A DNA stretch of 64,000 nucleotides from a virus, in IMG/VR virus record IMGVR_UViG_3300014039_000016, positions 8,829-72,828 of that record; one strand, given 5' to 3'. Under the pieces are notes generated by a model that was not told the DNA's origin, did not search any database, and saw nothing but the letters and a program-made list of their open reading frames with translations. Position numbers and translations under genes: made by a program. Positions 60,537 through 64,000 of the stretch are shown here, piece after piece. The stretch's first letter is position 1. Every line of letters begins with the position of its first letter.

Positions 60537-60809
60537 CTATTCTGTATAACCGAATTTCACATCATCACTAAGTCTTGGGATATCACATAATTCTTTATAT
60601 TTATTGATATACCAATCAGATTTTTTCATATCTTCTTCTCCATTTTTATAAAGCGCTCTTTTTCTATATTTCCAAGCATTTAATTTACAAAAAGATTTAA
60701 CTTCTTCTTTTCCAAAAAGTAAAATCATTTCATCTATACACTCCACAGACCCTTCTCTACAATAGTGAGAAGGGTGATTTACAACATCATGCTTCTGTGA
60801 TTCTGACAT
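60537..60809 (-). CDS. DUF3310-like phage protein (NHPSHY...ECID motif)
   Basis: VNHPSHYCREGSVECIDEM, and an AAGGAG RBS. Confidence 0.5.
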   Translation of the reverse strand: MSESQKHDVVNHPSHYCREGSVECIDEMILLFGKEEVKSFCKLNAWKYRKRALYKNGEEDMKKSDWYINKYKELCDIPRLSDDVKFGYTE

Positions 60810-60820
60810 TTTTATCTCCT

Positions 60821-63800
60821 TTAATCATAATATTCTTCTTCCTCGAAGGCGTCTACAGACGTCCATCTCTCGTGGGTGATTTGCATTTTGTCTCCCATAA
60901 CATTTGTGATTTTATACAGTTGATGTGCATTTGTTGATTTATAAGTTTTTCCAACAAAAGTATCTTCTCTTCTGAAGCCTGTTATCATTAACATTGTTCC
61001 TCTTGTAAACCAACCTTTTTCCATAACTGTTTTAGTTCCATCAGGGTTTCTTCTACTAATCTGCTTTTTAAACATTGCATAATACTCTCTTGTAAATTTT
61101 ACATTTACAACACCTGTTGTTGTTAATAAAGAAATTGATGATTTACTATCATTCTTTGCAACTACAGTACCAATAATAGTAGAAAGTTTAAAGATTGGGA
61201 TTCGAGATTTTCCTCTTCTGAAGAAATAATCTACTTCTGGTTCTGAACTTAAATCATTAAAATCACTTAATCCATAAGTATATTTATTTATATTACTTAA
61301 TTCATGTGGATGAAAGTAGAAGCATAAAGATTGCATTTCCCAATGCGCAACTGTTCCCAATGCGTACTTATTCCACATTTGCTTAAATAATAATAAATTA
61401 TAATCATACAATAATTGATTTTGATTTTCAGATAACCACGCTCTTACCATATCCATTTTCTTTTTATAATAATTGTCCCAAACTGTTTGCTTAAAACAAA
61501 TATAATTATTTATATTTTCTGTATCATTCATAGCTTCAGGAATAAATTTTTCTATAAAGCTAATACAACTTCCATCTAAAACATAATATAAACCTGTGCG
61601 ATGAGTTTTTAAGTACTTATTAAAATTATATATTCTTACATATAACTCTAAATCTTTTGGAACTAAATTATTTTGTATCAATCCATTAAAGTTCTGCAAT
61701 GTTAATTTCTTTTTAGGTTCACAAACTTGACTAATATAATATATCATAATAGATTGTCTATTAGGAAAATCTTTATCAACTTCATCAAAAGCTCCACTCT
61801 TAATTAAATTAATCATTGCAGTTTTTGGTAGTTGTACTTTAAACATAAAGTCTTTTATACCATAAAATGGTCTTAATTGTTTAATTATGTCTATTGTATT
61901 TTTATTAATTCCACTAATAGCTTTTAATCCATACAAAATTCGATTATTTTCAACATCTGGTTTAAAACCATAATCTGAAGTGTTTATATTAACAAGAGAT
62001 ACTTCAATTCCTTTTGAGGTAATTGCGCCAATGGCTTTTGCTATTTTTGTATAATCTGTACCTTTTTCTTTTTTCTTTAACTCATCTTCATTATTATATT
62101 CATACTCTATATCTTCATCTTCTTCAAGAGACCCACTATTTACAACTAAACATGCGGCATCCCAATATATAGGATTCCAGCGGGTAGCGATATAAGCGGT
62201 TTGAAACCCGATAAAAGAGTATGATAACGAGTGAATGTCTGAGAAAGAATAACCAAGTCCAGGCGCTACTACATAATCCCAAACATAATCAGCACAGTTT
62301 TTGCTTTTTGCTTCTTTATACACTTTTTCTTTGAAAGAAGGTATCTCATTCATCTTTTTCTTTGAAACTATTTTTCTAGCTTTATTAGCTTCTTTTAAAC
62401 TAAAACCGCATATATTTTCATCCATAAGAACTCGCATCATTTGTTCTTGGGAAATACCAATACCATAAGTATGCTCTAAATATTTATTTAAAGCTTTTTT
62501 CTCATTCTCTTCTAAATGATATTTTTCTATTTCTTTAATTAATTGTGACTTGTCATTTTTAAATCTTACATATTTATCTATCCAAGTTTCTTGTCCTTCT
62601 CCTGCATTCATTAATCGAATAAGACCATTTACAGAGCTCAATTCGATAATTGATTCTGGTTTAACTTTCTTAGCTCCTTGGCGACCAATCTCACTGTCTA
62701 GCTGAAAAAGGTCTATAGTTGAAGTTTCTTGAATTGCTTTCCAAGTAGCTTTGTCTTGAAGCGGTAAAACATCAGGATGTAAATACTTATCATATGCTTC
62801 TTTTAAAGATAAATCTTTTTCAATGAGACCATCTTCTTGTAAAAATTTAATTGTTTGAACAATTTTATCTTGTATTTCAGTAACCAAGATATCCATTTTT
62901 ACTGCTCCACACCATTCAGCATCATGTAAATCATATTGGGATACAATTTCTCCACTTGGCGTTTTCATATAAGCATTAAATTCAAAGGGGTCTTCACCAT
63001 TAAACAACACTCCTGAAGCATGACGTCCACGACGAGAAATGCATCCTTCAATACCTAGTAAAATTTCTAATAACCCAGGATATTTGTCTATTTCAGTTTT
63101 AAATGCAGAAACTGGCTTTCTATCTTTATCCGGATTTCCATAATAAGCATCTGAAGAAGACCATACAAACCCTCTTTCTTGAGGAATTAAGGAAGATAAA
63201 TATTGCGCTACATCTACATCAATTCCATCTGGAAAATCTTCTGAACGATATCCTCGACAAGCTGTTTGAATAGCACTTTTAGAAGACTCTGTTCCAAAAG
63301 TGCATACATAAGTTGCTCCAAGAGATTCACGAATAAGCGGGTCGTTAATATCTTTATTAAATTTTTGACCTCGTTCTTCTCTTATTCGAGCTACAATAGT
63401 TTGTACTTTACTAGGACAAACATCAATATCTATATCTCCAAGACCATCAGTATCTCGGTTCATATATCTGAAAAATGGAAAGTTCCATTCAATTGGGTCT
63501 AACTGAGTAATACCCCACAGATAATGATTAAGAGCAGAACAAGCTGAACCTCTTCCTACTCCAACTGAACTTCCGCAATCCCACATCATCTTAATATAAT
63601 GGGCTAAACAGATAGGATAAGCAAACATATTAGTATTTAATTTTTCCCCTATTGTCATTTTTACATCAGCTTCTTCTTCTAATTCTGACAAATAAACATC
63701 ATTAAATTTGCCGATTTCCTTTAATTTATTTATGCATACATTGACCCAACATCTTTCTATTTTGTCTTTTGAAGAGTACATCTGAAAAAGATGAGGATAA

Positions 63801-64000
63801 CTTTTAATCTTTTCATCTATATTCATAATAATTGGATAATCTGGAACATCTACTTTAGGCACTTGTTGTGGATGGAATAAAGAATAAGAAGTTATTTTAT
63901 CATAAATCTCCATTGAGTTTTTAAACATTTTTTTAACGAATAATTTATCAAATCCACTTAAAGCAAATTTTTCAATCATCTCTTCGTCAGTGTGTAAATA
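60821..64000 (-). CDS. dnaE: DNA polymerase III alpha-like replicative polymerase (DnaE family). The CDS is partial and its N-terminus lies beyond the window
   Basis: GRGSACSALNHYLWGITQLDPIEWNFPFFRYMNRDTDGLGDIDIDVC matches the DnaE polymerase core. The ORF is open to the window edge. Confidence 0.8.
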   Translation of the reverse strand, partial: YLHTDEEMIEKFALSGFDKLFVKKMFKNSMEIYDKITSYSLFHPQQVPKVDVPDYPIIMNIDEKIKSYPHLFQMYSSKDKIERCWVNVCINKLKEIGKFNDVYLSELEEEADVKMTIGEKLNTNMFAYPICLAHYIKMMWDCGSSVGVGRGSACSALNHYLWGITQLDPIEWNFPFFRYMNRDTDGLGDIDIDVCPSKVQTIVARIREERGQKFNKDINDPLIRESLGATYVCTFGTESSKSAIQTACRGYRSEDFPDGIDVDVAQYLSSLIPQERGFVWSSSDAYYGNPDKDRKPVSAFKTEIDKYPGLLEILLGIEGCISRRGRHASGVLFNGEDPFEFNAYMKTPSGEIVSQYDLHDAEWCGAVKMDILVTEIQDKIVQTIKFLQEDGLIEKDLSLKEAYDKYLHPDVLPLQDKATWKAIQETSTIDLFQLDSEIGRQGAKKVKPESIIELSSVNGLIRLMNAGEGQETWIDKYVRFKNDKSQLIKEIEKYHLEENEKKALNKYLEHTYGIGISQEQMMRVLMDENICGFSLKEANKARKIVSKKKMNEIPSFKEKVYKEAKSKNCADYVWDYVVAPGLGYSFSDIHSLSYSFIGFQTAYIATRWNPIYWDAACLVVNSGSLEEDEDIEYEYNNEDELKKKEKGTDYTKIAKAIGAITSKGIEVSLVNINTSDYGFKPDVENNRILYGLKAISGINKNTIDIIKQLRPFYGIKDFMFKVQLPKTAMINLIKSGAFDEVDKDFPNRQSIMIYYISQVCEPKKKLTLQNFNGLIQNNLVPKDLELYVRIYNFNKYLKTHRTGLYYVLDGSCISFIEKFIPEAMNDTENINNYICFKQTVWDNYYKKKMDMVRAWLSENQNQLLYDYNLLLFKQMWNKYALGTVAHWEMQSLCFYFHPHELSNINKYTYGLSDFNDLSSEPEVDYFFRRGKSRIPIFKLSTIIGTVVAKNDSKSSISLLTTTGVVNVKFTREYYAMFKKQISRRNPDGTKTVMEKGWFTRGTMLMITGFRREDTFVGKTYKSTNAHQLYKITNVMGDKMQITHERWTSVDAFEEEEYYD

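Overview
This is an AT-rich (roughly 30-35% GC) segment of a large tailed phage or prophage, probably from an anaerobic low-GC Firmicutes host. Three layers of evidence support this: the class III anaerobic RNR NrdD, spore-like cargo genes and low GC. The layout is as follows. (i) 1-3300 is a leftward early region with small genes and dense non-coding repeats, including CTAACT/AGTTAG clusters, TGTAGTCAC iterons and a duplicated ~130-bp element carrying TTATGGGA boxes. (ii) 3276-52838 is a long rightward structural operon launched from a near-consensus sigma-A promoter. It encodes two zinc-ribbon proteins and a large terminase interrupted by a ~1 kb intervening sequence carrying an HNH homing endonuclease, a putative group I intron. 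It then encodes portal, scaffold, major capsid, head-tail proteins, and a major tail protein with an Ig-like C-terminal extension reached by a +1 frameshift at CCC_UAA. Next come a chaperone, a 3069-aa tape measure, an 1811-aa tail protein, baseplate proteins, and a modular set of tail-fibre, leucine-rich-repeat and carbohydrate-binding genes. (iii) 52840-55830 is a terminator-flanked six-gene cassette of compositionally odd proteins: a Gly/Trp/Cys-rich membrane protein, a BclA/ExsF-like beta protein, a Tyr/Met-rich protein and a small HEXXH peptidase. (iv) 55833-64000 is a leftward replication and nucleotide-metabolism module encoding RuvC, dUTPase, NrdD, a DUF3310-like protein and a DnaE-type polymerase that continues beyond the window. 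No integrase, holin, endolysin, tRNA or CRISPR array was found. The coordinates I derived by hand for terminators and promoters may be off by 1-2 nt.
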